Below are positions 25,970 to 36,447 of a stretch of 64,000 bases of DNA, in pieces; position 1 is the stretch's first letter, and every line of letters starts with the position of its first letter. The position numbers and the translations under genes are program-made. The notes beneath the pieces are model-generated. The model was not told where the DNA came from, searched no databases, and saw only the letters and a list, made by a program, of their open reading frames with translations. The stretch lies in the sequence record LC494302.1, one strand, 5' to 3'. The stretch comes from Escherichia phage SP27.

Positions 25970-28900
25970 TTAAGCAGTACGTTGTGCAATAAACATATCT
26001 GTTACTGGACTCACACCGTCATAAATGACTTGGTAGATAGTTACAGAGTTTGCAGTTTTGTTCAGTGTGCCATCAACAACCGCATAAGTACCATCAGTAG
26101 TAAAGTTTCTATTACCTGTTGCATCTTGTTTCACATAAATGTATACTGAAGATGCTTTACCACCACCGATTAGACCAGTGATTGGTGCTAGAGTGGTATC
26201 TTGATCTAGAGTGATAAAGTATACGTTGCTAGTACCGTCTGGGGTCCAAGTACCAGTTGGTGCGATAACAGAAGAAGTTACTTGATTAGGAATAACATCA
26301 TATTTTTTAGTAGTTACTGTTGTTGTAGTTAGGTCAGCATTAGTAGTTGTCAATTGACCAGTTACAGTTACATCTTTATCAAATACTGCATTTTCTTTGA
26401 AAGAAGATGTTGCATTGACAGTTAATGTATCAGCAGCAGCGTCACCTAAAACAACACTACCATTTGCAGTCATTAAACCAGTAACAGTTAAAGTACCACC
26501 GATTGTTGCTGCTCCAGTAACAGATGCACTAGCAAGTGTTGCTGCACCAGAAGTAGTAATGGTAGTTACTGAAGTTGCTGCTAGGGTTGCAGTACCTGTT
26601 GCAGAAATATCACCACCAACAGTTAGGTTACCAGAAGTAATTCCAACGGTTCCAGTAATGTTAGCACCACTTGACATCGTTACTGCACCACCAAATGAAC
26701 CAGTAGTAGTTACTTCAAGGGTGTTCCCTTTTAGTAGACCAGTTGCAGTAATACTTGTACCTGCGGTAATACTAGTACCAGCAGCAACACTGTTGGTTGC
26801 AGTTAATGATTTAACAGCTACATCAGAGTTTGCTTGGTTTAGTGTTGCGTTTAGTAGACCAGTTACTGTAAAGTTACCGTTGTTAACTACGTTACCATTG
26901 ATTGTTAAGTTGTTGTTTTGTGAACCAACATCACCAATAGTTGCTGATTTGGAAATCAACTCTGCACCAGAAGTAATGTTACCCGCTGCACTAATAGTGT
27001 CAGCCGCAACAACTGCATAAGGTTCAATTGTTTGACCACTAACGTCAATATCAGCGTTGATACCACCATCTACACGCAAGGAGCCTGCAATGTAAGTATT
27101 AGGGAAAATCTGAACTGTCTCTGGTTGATCACCAATTTTAGTACCGATAATAACATCAGAACCAGTTTTAACTGCACCAGAGGTTGTTAGAGAACCTAAA
27201 GTTGTAGCACCAGTTACACCTAATGTTCCACCAATTGTTGCGTTATTGGTAACTGCTAATGCAGCACCTTCACCATTAAGAGCGATTGATGGAGCAGATA
27301 CTGCACCAGTTACGCCTAATGTGCCACCAATTGTTGCGTTGCCATCTGAATGTAGAGTTGTAGCTACAGAAAGACTGTTAGCAACTACATCAGTACTAGC
27401 TAAATCCAATGCACCTGGGGTTAATGTACCAGTAATGTTAACATTATTACCAAAGGTTGCTGCACCAGTCACATCTAGTGTAGTACTAAATGTACCAGAG
27501 GTTGCAGAGATTGCACCTGAATCTAGTGATCCAACAGTTGCTTTACCAGTTACACCTAAAGTTCCACCAACAGTTCCATTTGTGGTTACATCCAATGTAC
27601 CAGTACTTAGTTCTTGTGCGGTTACCTTACCGGATGCAGTAACAGTTGAAGTGGAAACGCCACCAGTTAGAGTACTAGCACCAGTAACACTTAATGTGGT
27701 TGCAGCAGTTACGCTATTTACGCTAAGATCAGCACCGGATAAGTCCAAACCACCTTCAGGAACAAATACACCCTTAACAGTTAGTTTTTGTACTGTACTA
27801 TCACCTGTTACATCCAAGGTAGAAGCAGTTAAACCACCATTCATACTTGCTGCACCAGTAACACCTAGTGTAGTGGTTACAGTAGCACTATTAAGTGTTG
27901 AACTACCAGAAATATTAGCACTAGGAGCAGTAATAGTTCCAGAATCAACTTGTATACCACCAGCAACAACCTGAATTCCACCAGCATTAACTGTTAGTTT
28001 ACCAGCAGTATTCAATGTATTTGAAACTGTTGTTGCACCAGTTAAAGTTGTAGTACCAGTTACACCTAAGTTACCAGAAATAGATGGACTACCTGTAATA
28101 TTACCAGTAGTTAGTATCAAATCAGTACCTACGGTAGTGGAGCCAGTACTTTCTAGTGTCACACCAACGATGTTTGCAGAACTTAGGTTAATAGTACCAT
28201 CAACAGTTAAGTTACCTTGAACGGTTGCATCACCTAGAGAAGTTAATGTCTTCACAGACACATCAGTTGTGCTAAGATCAATAACACCCGCAGTTAGTGT
28301 TCCAGATACTGCTAAATTACCAGTAATCGCGGTATTTTTAGTAATGGATACATTTTCTGCCGCTGAAGTAATAGAACCAACAGTAAGTACACCACCAACA
28401 GTTGCGTTATTAGTTACATTTAGAGCAGTTCCAACACCAGATAGTGTTGCTGACCCACCAGTAATTGCACCTGAGATTGAAGCTGTTGCTGCTGAAACAT
28501 CACCAGAAACTACTGCATTTGTTGCATTTAGAGCAGACACTGTAACTTCAGTACTTTGAACTTTAGGTAGAACGTTGATACCTTCTGCACTACTAACTGT
28601 AATAATACCAGTACTTGTTAGAGATTTAACAGATACATCAGCACCACTTAAATCAACTGTACCAGAAACAACAAGATCTCCACCAATATTTGCTCCAGCG
28701 GTAGTAGTAATGGATTTTGCACTTACATCAGTTGTGCTCAAATCAATTGCACCTGGTGTTACTGTACCAGAAACTGTTAGGTCACCAGTAATAGATGTAT
28801 TATTGGAAATAGATACACCATCAACGTTACTAATTGTTGGGGTTTCTACAGAAACTGCTTTAACTTTACCTGAAGAAGTTACGTCAGCTACGGTAGATGC

Positions 28901-31495
28901 ACCAGTAACATTCAAATTAGTAATATTTGCAGTTGTTGAACCAAGGGTTGCAATAGTTGCATCAGTACTTTGAAGTTTAGGTAGAACACTACTAATTGTG
29001 GATTCATTACTAACAATTGCACCAGTACTAGTTAAAGATTTGACAGTAACATCAGCCGTAGTAAGATCTACTGTACCATTAACAGTTAGGTTACCACCAA
29101 TAGTTGCACCAGCAGTAGTAGTAATGGATTTAGCATTAACATCAGTTGTTGCTAGATCGATAGAGCCTGGAATAACTGCACCAGTAACGGTTAGGTCACC
29201 AGTTACATTTGTATTATTGGAAATAGTGACACCACTTGCATTTGAAATGGTTGGGGTAACCAACGATGCAGTTGTAGTTTCACCAGTTACAGTTAAAGTT
29301 GACCCAACTAGAACAGATGAGCTTGAGTAAATTGTACCCAAATTAGCAGATCCGGTAACAGTTATATCATCAGCATTAACAGTAGGAGCCGTTATGGTAG
29401 TACTATTAAGTACTGGAAGTACGTTAGCATTAACAAGATCATTACTTTTAACAATACCAGAAGTAGTTAATGATTTAACATTAAGGTCGGCTGCTGATAA
29501 ATCAAAAGAGCCTTGAACTACTAAATCACCACCAATAGTTGCACCAGCAGTAGTAGTGATTGATTTAGCATTAATATCGGTAGTGCTCAAGTCTAGAGAA
29601 CCAACAGTTAAGCTACCAGTAATATCAACATTTTCTGTAAAGTTAGTATTACCACTAATAGTTGGTGCAGTCAGAGTTGTTGCACTAATATTAGTACCGT
29701 TAATTGTTTGTCCACTTACAGTCCCACTCGCAGTGATAGTAGGAGCCGTTACTTCAGTAGATGCACTAATTGTTGGTGCAGATACAGAAGTTGTACCAGT
29801 AATAGAACCAGAACTTACTGAACCAGCGGATAATGCACCAGAAAGAGTTGCAGTTGTACCAGCAATATCACCAGTAACAGTTAGTTTAGCACCCACGGTA
29901 GTGTTACCAGTACTTTCAAGTGTTGCACCTTTAATATTTGCTGCCGCGACAACAGAATTAGGTGTTAGATCCTGCCCACTAACATCAACAGTTAGCCCAG
30001 TTACTGTTCCAGTAAATTCAACATCATTAAGAATTGCTTTACCACCAACTTGTAGGAATGGTGTACCTGGAGCTTGTGTTTCGTTACCAGTAATAGTTAG
30101 GTAATCTAGTTTGTTTAGACCGTTACCAGTAATACCATAAGTGGAAAGAGAAGCGTTACCGAAAGTTGCTGTTTTAAGAACGTTCAATGTAGAAGGAGAA
30201 ACGACTTCTGATTGAACTTCGTTAGGTAGAATAACTGTTGGGCGTTGACCTGGTGCAGTATATCCAAAACCTAGTTTCACTGCCGCATCTTGACTATTTT
30301 GACCTAAGCTGATAGCTTTAAAGGATGCAGTACTGTTATAACCAGTAATATTAGAACCAAGAGTAACACCACCAACTAATGAAGTTACACCAGTAACGTT
30401 CAAAGATACTGCATTAATATCGTCTAGTTGGAACGTTCCACCAAGAAGACCAGAAACATTAATGTTATTAAAATTAGCAGTACCAGTACTTTCGATATTT
30501 GGAATAGTTGCAGTTCCGGTTACTTCAAAGTCAGCAACTTTAGTTTTTCCTTTTTGAACTTCTAATAGTGGTGTGTCTGGTGATTGTGTATTGTTACCAG
30601 AAACTGTTAGATAATCTAATTTGTTTAGACCATTACCAGTAATACCATAAGAAGATAATGACGCATTACCAAAAGAAGCAGAGGTCAATACTGTCAAGTT
30701 TGCAGGTGACATTAGCTCGGACTGAATTTCGTTTTGTAGAATAACAGTTGGGCGTTTACCAGGAGCAGTGTAAGGGAAGCTTAATCTGAAGGTTTGTGAT
30801 TCAGAGTTAGAACCAATACGAATGTCTTTAAAAGTAGCAGTACTGTTAATACCAGTTACGTTAGCACCGAAAGTTACTGCACCTTGTTGGTTAGATGCAC
30901 CAGTAACGTTCAATGTTACTGCATTTAAGTCAGATAGATTAAACTCACCACCAAGTGTACCACTAATTGTCACATCGTTAAATGTAGCAGTACCAGTACT
31001 ACTAATATCTGTTGTACTTACATTAGTAATTTCTGCGGTATTAGCATTAATTTTATCAAATGCAGCAGTAGTCCCAACATCAGCAGTAATATTACCTTTA
31101 AATGCTGTTGTTTCAGCAACTTCTAAGTTTTTAACTTTAGTTGCTTGTAGAGTGGTTGTACCAGCAGTTTGTGTAAAATCAGAACCAACTGATACAGTAC
31201 CGTTAAAGGTAGCGTTTGAATTAATTGTTGCTGTATCAGACCCGACAACTGCACTACCGATTGTAGTATTACCCTCAACACCAAGACCACCAGAAAGTGT
31301 TGCTTTGCCACCTACATCTAAAGTAGATGTAATGTTGGCAGTTGATGATTCAATGGCAGTAAAAGTTGCATTTGCAAAAGTTACAGTACCATTTACAGTT
31401 AGGTTATTGTTGAAAACAGCATTTCCTTTGACTAAAAGATCCTTACCAACCGTACCAGCACCAGTAATATCTAAGTCAGTTTTTATTGAGTACAT
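25970..31495 (-). CDS. Very large tail fiber / surface fiber protein (1841 aa) with tandem repeats
   Basis: T/G/S/A/V-rich; about 140-aa units (IDLSTTDVxAKSITTTAGAxIGGxLxVxG…VKSLTxxG) repeated at least 4 times, plus a 2-copy N-terminal duplication; RBS GGAGGG. Confidence 0.65.
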   Translation of the reverse strand: MYSIKTDLDITGAGTVGKDLLVKGNAVFNNNLTVNGTVTFANATFTAIESSTANITSTLDVGGKATLSGGLGVEGNTTIGSAVVGSDTATINSNATFNGTVSVGSDFTQTAGTTTLQATKVKNLEVAETTAFKGNITADVGTTAAFDKINANTAEITNVSTTDISSTGTATFNDVTISGTLGGEFNLSDLNAVTLNVTGASNQQGAVTFGANVTGINSTATFKDIRIGSNSESQTFRLSFPYTAPGKRPTVILQNEIQSELMSPANLTVLTSASFGNASLSSYGITGNGLNKLDYLTVSGNNTQSPDTPLLEVQKGKTKVADFEVTGTATIPNIESTGTANFNNINVSGLLGGTFQLDDINAVSLNVTGVTSLVGGVTLGSNITGYNSTASFKAISLGQNSQDAAVKLGFGYTAPGQRPTVILPNEVQSEVVSPSTLNVLKTATFGNASLSTYGITGNGLNKLDYLTITGNETQAPGTPFLQVGGKAILNDVEFTGTVTGLTVDVSGQDLTPNSVVAAANIKGATLESTGNTTVGAKLTVTGDIAGTTATLSGALSAGSVSSGSITGTTSVSAPTISASTEVTAPTITASGTVSGQTINGTNISATTLTAPTISGNTNFTENVDITGSLTVGSLDLSTTDINAKSITTTAGATIGGDLVVQGSFDLSAADLNVKSLTTSGIVKSNDLVNANVLPVLNSTTITAPTVNADDITVTGSANLGTIYSSSSVLVGSTLTVTGETTTASLVTPTISNASGVTISNNTNVTGDLTVTGAVIPGSIDLATTDVNAKSITTTAGATIGGNLTVNGTVDLTTADVTVKSLTSTGAIVSNESTISSVLPKLQSTDATIATLGSTTANITNLNVTGASTVADVTSSGKVKAVSVETPTISNVDGVSISNNTSITGDLTVSGTVTPGAIDLSTTDVSAKSITTTAGANIGGDLVVSGTVDLSGADVSVKSLTSTGIITVSSAEGINVLPKVQSTEVTVSALNATNAVVSGDVSAATASISGAITGGSATLSGVGTALNVTNNATVGGVLTVGSITSAAENVSITKNTAITGNLAVSGTLTAGVIDLSTTDVSVKTLTSLGDATVQGNLTVDGTINLSSANIVGVTLESTGSTTVGTDLILTTGNITGSPSISGNLGVTGTTTLTGATTVSNTLNTAGKLTVNAGGIQVVAGGIQVDSGTITAPSANISGSSTLNSATVTTTLGVTGAASMNGGLTASTLDVTGDSTVQKLTVKGVFVPEGGLDLSGADLSVNSVTAATTLSVTGASTLTGGVSTSTVTASGKVTAQELSTGTLDVTTNGTVGGTLGVTGKATVGSLDSGAISATSGTFSTTLDVTGAATFGNNVNITGTLTPGALDLASTDVVANSLSVATTLHSDGNATIGGTLGVTGAVSAPSIALNGEGAALAVTNNATIGGTLGVTGATTLGSLTTSGAVKTGSDVIIGTKIGDQPETVQIFPNTYIAGSLRVDGGINADIDVSGQTIEPYAVVAADTISAAGNITSGAELISKSATIGDVGSQNNNLTINGNVVNNGNFTVTGLLNATLNQANSDVAVKSLTATNSVAAGTSITAGTSITATGLLKGNTLEVTTTGSFGGAVTMSSGANITGTVGITSGNLTVGGDISATGTATLAATSVTTITTSGAATLASASVTGAATIGGTLTVTGLMTANGSVVLGDAAADTLTVNATSSFKENAVFDKDVTVTGQLTTTNADLTTTTVTTKKYDVIPNQVTSSVIAPTGTWTPDGTSNVYFITLDQDTTLAPITGLIGGGKASSVYIYVKQDATGNRNFTTDGTYAVVDGTLNKTANSVTIYQVIYDGVSPVTDMFIAQRTA
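28200..29700 (-). repeat. In-frame tandem DNA repeats (about 420-430 bp period, 3-4 imperfect copies) inside the fiber gene
   Basis: Recurring block ccaccaatagttgcaccagcagtagtagtaatggatttagca… near 28690, 29100 and 29530; boundaries approximate. Confidence 0.6.
30050..30820 (-). repeat. Two-copy segmental duplication (about 480 bp apart) inside the fiber gene
   Basis: ttgtttagaccgttaccagtaataccataag… at about 30110 and 30600 (protein GNASLSxYGITGNGLNKLDYLT twice); boundaries approximate. Confidence 0.55.
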
Positions 31496-31588
31496 TTATA
31501 CCCTCCATTATAACCTTGTTAATATGTATATATTTAGTTTTATTATGCTGTTATCCAACAATTAATATGTTATTTGACAAAAGCAAAT

Positions 31589-31628
31589 ATAATAAAAACC
31601 AGACTTATTTAGAACAAGTCTGGTTAAT
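31589..31628. terminator. Hairpin terminator with T-runs on both sides
   Basis: CCAGACTT-(9-nt loop)-AAGTCTGG flanked by AAAAA upstream and TTAATTTTTTTT downstream. Confidence 0.45.
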
Positions 31629-31633
31629 TTTTT

Positions 31634-32530
31634 TTACTTACCAGAGATGACAATCTTACCACTGAAAGAAATATCAGAAGTGAAGATTACATCACCAGTA
31701 CTACTAATTTGTGTATCAGTCACTACCAATTCAAATGGAGATGACGAAACACTCCCAGGTGTTTTATTTGCATAAATTGAAATATACAAATTATCTGGTG
31801 TTTGATTGTGTTCAGATGCAGGAATAGTGATTGTAAAATCACCATCACTAGAAACCCAATCTGCTTGGTTTACCAATTTACTATAAGGTACTGTCATTGT
31901 TGTTGCTCCTATAATGTTTACTTTAACACTTGCATAATCTGTGATTTGACCAATCACATCAATTGTTATATCCCCAATACCACTAACTGTTACTGTGGTT
32001 TGGAATACTGATTCCAATGCAACATTACCTGGGTCACCTTGTAGTTGGATCATAATATCAGAACCTCTACCATGAACTGATTCTGGTAGTGTGTAAGTAT
32101 AATGATCAGTAGTATCTGGCACTAATGTAAATGCAGAAACAGGAACTATTTCAGTAGTTACATATGAGCTATCAGTCCCAGGTGAGCTACCTTTAAATGG
32201 TTTCCAAATACCAAGATCTTTAATATAAATTTGAAGAACATTAGTACTATCAACCAAAAAGTAAACGTCACCATCTAGACCGATCGAATCGGATGGTGCT
32301 GTTGTTCCACGTAAGATACCAGAACTACCACCACCACTGTGTGCGTTTAAATATCCTAATGTAACCAAGTGTGTGTTTGCAGTTGGTTCACCTGCTGAAA
32401 TTGGAAGAAGTTGTGTTCCTGAGTAGTTTTGAATTTGCACAACACTACCATTTGTGGTAATCTGTGCACCATTCTTCCCAAGAATGAAGGACTTCTTCAT
32501 GGTTCCTTCTAAATTAGAAAAAACTGCCAT
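31634..32530 (-). CDS. Tail fiber/spike protein with the conserved N-terminal MAVFSNxEGTM module (298 aa)
   Basis: N-terminus MAVFSNLEGTMKKSFILGKNGAQI nearly identical to the next gene; divergent C-terminus; RBS AAGGAG. Confidence 0.55.
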   Translation of the reverse strand: MAVFSNLEGTMKKSFILGKNGAQITTNGSVVQIQNYSGTQLLPISAGEPTANTHLVTLGYLNAHSGGGSSGILRGTTAPSDSIGLDGDVYFLVDSTNVLQIYIKDLGIWKPFKGSSPGTDSSYVTTEIVPVSAFTLVPDTTDHYTYTLPESVHGRGSDIMIQLQGDPGNVALESVFQTTVTVSGIGDITIDVIGQITDYASVKVNIIGATTMTVPYSKLVNQADWVSSDGDFTITIPASEHNQTPDNLYISIYANKTPGSVSSSPFELVVTDTQISSTGDVIFTSDISFSGKIVISGK

Positions 32531-32546
32531 TTTAATATAATCTCCT

Positions 32547-34688
32547 TTATGGTAGGGTTATGTAAGTTACGGGTTGGGCAGCTTTTAATGCTGCACCAGC
32601 GGCAGTTGCTGTTATGATAGGATCTGCAATATCAATTCTATATACGTTGTTTACAACATACACTGCACGAGTTATATACGTTCTCAAATCACCACCATTT
32701 TCACCAGCACCGGATATAATGATCTCAGTACCAGCAGCTTTTGCATATTGGTTTTCACCCCATGACACACCCAATGCTTCTATGTATGTTTGTCCTGCTA
32801 CCGTTTGTCTAATTGTGTCATATTTTCCGAAAAAAGAACCACCAACAGTTACAATATATTTTCCACCCGATTGTTTATGAATAATCGTGCCTTCAGAGAA
32901 ATAGCGTCCCCCAGGAAAAGTATCGTATGGAATATAATATTGCTCAACTACAGGTATCAGTACTGGGCCACGGTGTCCTGTACCATCGATTGCAGTTGTA
33001 ACTTTAAAGTTATTAGATGATTGGTCTATTCTGTCTACATACATTTTAGAAAAACTATATTTTGAAACATTACAATCATCTTGAACAACACAGTTAGTCC
33101 AATTAGTATAAGTATATTTAGAGCGAGTATAGATACCACCACCTTCGCCTTCGGTAGAGAGGTGTTGACCAATTACATCTAATTCTTTAGTTCTAATATC
33201 ACTAAATTTAGATGATGATGGCAAACCACGCCAAAGGATTTTAGAACAGGTGATATTGCTCAATTCTGTATTATTTAACCAATTATCAGAACCGGAAGTA
33301 TAAACAAGTATAGAAGACTCTGGAATATAGAGATTAGAAATTTTAAAGTTTCTAGGTGGTCCAGCAAAACGACCAGAAGTTACACCCCAGTTTATTGAAA
33401 CCATTCTATTTGTGATAGAAGGATCATTAAGCAAATGACCAGTCAACCCATCAATAATGAATTCTTTCGAACCATAAGTTATAACACCAGCAGTGGTTAA
33501 TCCAGTACCAACAGAAACTAAAGATGATGGATAAACTTCATTATTAAGTATTTTAAAGTCCATTCCTAATTCAACGTGGATACATTGTCTAACATTATAT
33601 AGTCTGTTATTTTTAATAACAAAGTTTCTGACATATTGTGTATCTGGTGCATCTAAACCATAAGGACCAGAACCAGCAACGCCAATACCAATGCCCCAGT
33701 TTGAAAGTGGGATTGGAGCGTTAGAACCATCAACGTTTTCAATTACGTTTCCTTCAATCACAAAACCATCAGGATAATGTGAGTTAATTACGTTTAGTTC
33801 AATTGCATCACCATATATATCATGTATGTGGTTATATGAATATCTACCAACCTTCATTTTCTCACCAGTACCTTGTTGAAGAACACCATACTTACATTGG
33901 GTCATTTCATTAAAGCAAAAATCTATTGTTCCTGGTTGTGTCATACCTTGCATTAAAAATGCAGCAGTACTTGTGATGTTTATAAATTTATTAAAATAAA
34001 ACTTACCATCGCCACCGAAGAATTTTAAATAACATCCAGTAAGTGTTGCAAATTGTATTTGGGAATTAATAACGGATACCATAGTACCACCATTACCAGT
34101 AATAGTTCCCCCAAACCAAGTTACATCTTCCAGGTATATTGCAGTTTTGATACGGTAATTACCACCAGCCTGAATTTGGATTTTATTTTCTTTAGCATAA
34201 GCAGCACATAAATTTACAGCAGCAGTGTCATCAGTTTCGCCATCACCTTTAGCACCAAATTCTTCTGGTGTTATATAAAACTGGGCCTGTTGAACTGTAC
34301 CTCCAGTAATAAGTCCGATGAAATCGCCACCATTTTTACTGGATAGAACTTTTTTATTAATGTATAATGATTTTACCCATGTACCATTACTTTTTGCAAA
34401 AATATCAACAATACCATCTTCATCAATTTGAAAATACGTATTATTGTTCTTTCCTACATCATCGGTAGGGGGTACAACACCAAATAATGCATTAGGGTTA
34501 TCTTCAAGATATTTTACGTTAACTGCTGAATTAGGGTCAGATGAAGTTCCTACCTTCAGTGGTAGGAACTGTTCTCCTAGATAATCTTTTATAGAAACTG
34601 AATCATTGATAAAATTTATTGAAGCACCTTTTTTCCCCAATATGAATTTGGGCTGCATAGTTCCTTCAAAATTAGAAAATACTGCCAT
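32547..34688 (-). CDS. Tailspike-like protein with the shared N-terminal module and a beta-helix-like body (candidate depolymerase)
   Basis: N-terminus MAVFSNFEGTMQPKFILGKKGASI; body has repeated N/G-rich short strands; RBS GGGAGG. Confidence 0.55.
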   Translation of the reverse strand: MAVFSNFEGTMQPKFILGKKGASINFINDSVSIKDYLGEQFLPLKVGTSSDPNSAVNVKYLEDNPNALFGVVPPTDDVGKNNNTYFQIDEDGIVDIFAKSNGTWVKSLYINKKVLSSKNGGDFIGLITGGTVQQAQFYITPEEFGAKGDGETDDTAAVNLCAAYAKENKIQIQAGGNYRIKTAIYLEDVTWFGGTITGNGGTMVSVINSQIQFATLTGCYLKFFGGDGKFYFNKFINITSTAAFLMQGMTQPGTIDFCFNEMTQCKYGVLQQGTGEKMKVGRYSYNHIHDIYGDAIELNVINSHYPDGFVIEGNVIENVDGSNAPIPLSNWGIGIGVAGSGPYGLDAPDTQYVRNFVIKNNRLYNVRQCIHVELGMDFKILNNEVYPSSLVSVGTGLTTAGVITYGSKEFIIDGLTGHLLNDPSITNRMVSINWGVTSGRFAGPPRNFKISNLYIPESSILVYTSGSDNWLNNTELSNITCSKILWRGLPSSSKFSDIRTKELDVIGQHLSTEGEGGGIYTRSKYTYTNWTNCVVQDDCNVSKYSFSKMYVDRIDQSSNNFKVTTAIDGTGHRGPVLIPVVEQYYIPYDTFPGGRYFSEGTIIHKQSGGKYIVTVGGSFFGKYDTIRQTVAGQTYIEALGVSWGENQYAKAAGTEIIISGAGENGGDLRTYITRAVYVVNNVYRIDIADPIITATAAGAALKAAQPVTYITLP

Positions 34689-34702
34689 TATGACATCCTC
34701 CC

Positions 34703-35830
34703 TTAAATATTATCTTGAATCGGTTGGATAGGAGCTTGCCATGAAAGAGTACAAATAATTTCCATTTTTCCATAAGGACTGTTGTTAACAGAATCGTTGA
34801 ATACACATGAAATAATTTCATCAACATCGGATGCTGCATGATTAGTTTCATTAACAATAAAACGCATCTGACGATTGATATCAAAGTAGGAAGTTGGTGC
34901 AATTACAGTCCCACCAATATCTTCTTGTGCTTCACCACCAAAACGTACAAACATATCAGTTACAGGAAGAGAATAAGGTTGTATAACGTTTACATCAATA
35001 TTAGAAACTACATATCCAGCAGGACACGTACCAATAACTAATAGTGCGTTAGTCCATGAGCTATCTATTGTATTTCTAATAGAAATTGTATCTTTACCTG
35101 GTGCACCTGGTTCGCCTTGTATACCTTGAATACCTTGCTGACCTTCTTTACCACGGAATAGAATACCCTCACTCCACTCTTTTGAAGGAGGGGTAGTTGT
35201 AGTTACTTCATCAACATAATATAGTTTTCCATCAGTGTTGTTATAAAAACAATAATCAACTGGAAGATTTTCAATACTTGGAAATTGATCACCACTGCTA
35301 TCAATATGGAAACGACCACGCGGACCTTGTTCACCACGGAAAGGTATACCATCACTCCAAGTAGCAGTTACACTTTGATAGAAATAAAGTTTACCATCTT
35401 GAGTATTATAAAATGTATAGTTATCAAAAAGACCAGTTGTTGGGAAAGTAGTTCCAGCACTATCAATGTGGAACGGCTTACCCGCTTCACCCGTATCACC
35501 TTTACCAAACTCAACACTAATCCATGTACTTGTCGGATCTTGTGCATCATTTGATTTAAAGTATAGAGTACTGGTATTGTTAGCCAAGCTTAAGTAGCAC
35601 CACCCAAGTGGTTCACCAACTTTAAATTGTTCGGAAGGAATTTCAAAACCAATCTCATTAGGATAAAAGTTTTTACCATTCTCGCCATTCTGTCCTACAA
35701 CAAGACCTAAATCTTGAATTGTGTTATCTGCATAGGTTACAATTAAATGCCCAGCACCATTAATAACTAGACTTTTGATGCCGGAGTTATTACATGAACC
35801 ACTGGACCCATTGTTAAATGAAATTGTCAT
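34703..35830 (-). CDS. Tail fiber-like protein with a collagen-like G-X-Y stretch and an internal duplication
   Basis: GKEGQQGIQGIQGEPGAPGKD; FHIDSAGTTFP…YNTQDGKLYFY repeated as FHIDSSGDQFP…YNNTDGKLYYV; ATG 35830 with AAGGGA RBS. Confidence 0.55.
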   Translation of the reverse strand: MTISFNNGSSGSCNNSGIKSLVINGAGHLIVTYADNTIQDLGLVVGQNGENGKNFYPNEIGFEIPSEQFKVGEPLGWCYLSLANNTSTLYFKSNDAQDPTSTWISVEFGKGDTGEAGKPFHIDSAGTTFPTTGLFDNYTFYNTQDGKLYFYQSVTATWSDGIPFRGEQGPRGRFHIDSSGDQFPSIENLPVDYCFYNNTDGKLYYVDEVTTTTPPSKEWSEGILFRGKEGQQGIQGIQGEPGAPGKDTISIRNTIDSSWTNALLVIGTCPAGYVVSNIDVNVIQPYSLPVTDMFVRFGGEAQEDIGGTVIAPTSYFDINRQMRFIVNETNHAASDVDEIISCVFNDSVNNSPYGKMEIICTLSWQAPIQPIQDNI

Positions 35831-35940
35831 AATATTTCCCTTGTATGAGTTAATGTCATATACCAATATTTATCAGTACAAAATACATTTCGTTATCATT
35901 AATAAATAAATGAAAGTTCACTACTAAAAGGGCTTAAACA

Positions 35941-36438
35941 ATGGCATTAAGATCAAAAGACTTTCTCTTCAGAAGAAAAACAAAAGATGGTTCATGGCAA
36001 GATTTTCCTGAATCTGATAGCTGGTATCCAGCTAACTTGGATTATCACTGGAATGAACAAACGTTACCACTCGCAAGTGGTGGCTACTATGGCTGTACTA
36101 CAGGTTTACATACTATTTCATTTACACTACGTAATTTTATTGGTAGAATTTATGTGTTAGCTACATTAGCTAGTAATCCTACTGATGATGATTGGTTTCC
36201 AATTAAATTCACTGAAAGTTGTAATTATTATCTTGAATTTACTGATATGGTTATTTTAAATCCAAATGGTGGGGATTTAATTAGACAACAAGGAACTACC
36301 GGAACATTTGCTGAAACAGTAACTGGTAATTTTACTTACCTTAAAGTTGGTATAGACCGTGATTATATTAGTAAGTATCCATCAGATGTCCAAAAAAGTT
36401 TAGCTGGGAAGTTAGAACAAATTTTAATTAACTACTAA
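35941..36438 (+). CDS. Hypothetical protein (165 aa)
   Basis: ATG with AAAGGG RBS. Confidence 0.45.
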   Translation: MALRSKDFLFRRKTKDGSWQDFPESDSWYPANLDYHWNEQTLPLASGGYYGCTTGLHTISFTLRNFIGRIYVLATLASNPTDDDWFPIKFTESCNYYLEFTDMVILNPNGGDLIRQQGTTGTFAETVTGNFTYLKVGIDRDYISKYPSDVQKSLAGKLEQILINY

Positions 36439-36447
36439 GGATTAGAA

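Noticed and set aside
26397-31565. Plus-strand ORFs of 96-247 aa (26397-27020, 27246-27974, 28269-28559, 28575-28973, 28998-29330, 29556-30104, 30822-31565) opposite the 1841-aa fiber gene
   Set aside because: They are antisense to a long, RBS-supported gene, have no start context, and their P/V/A/T-rich products are what the reverse complement of T/G/S/A/V-rich repeat codons yields.
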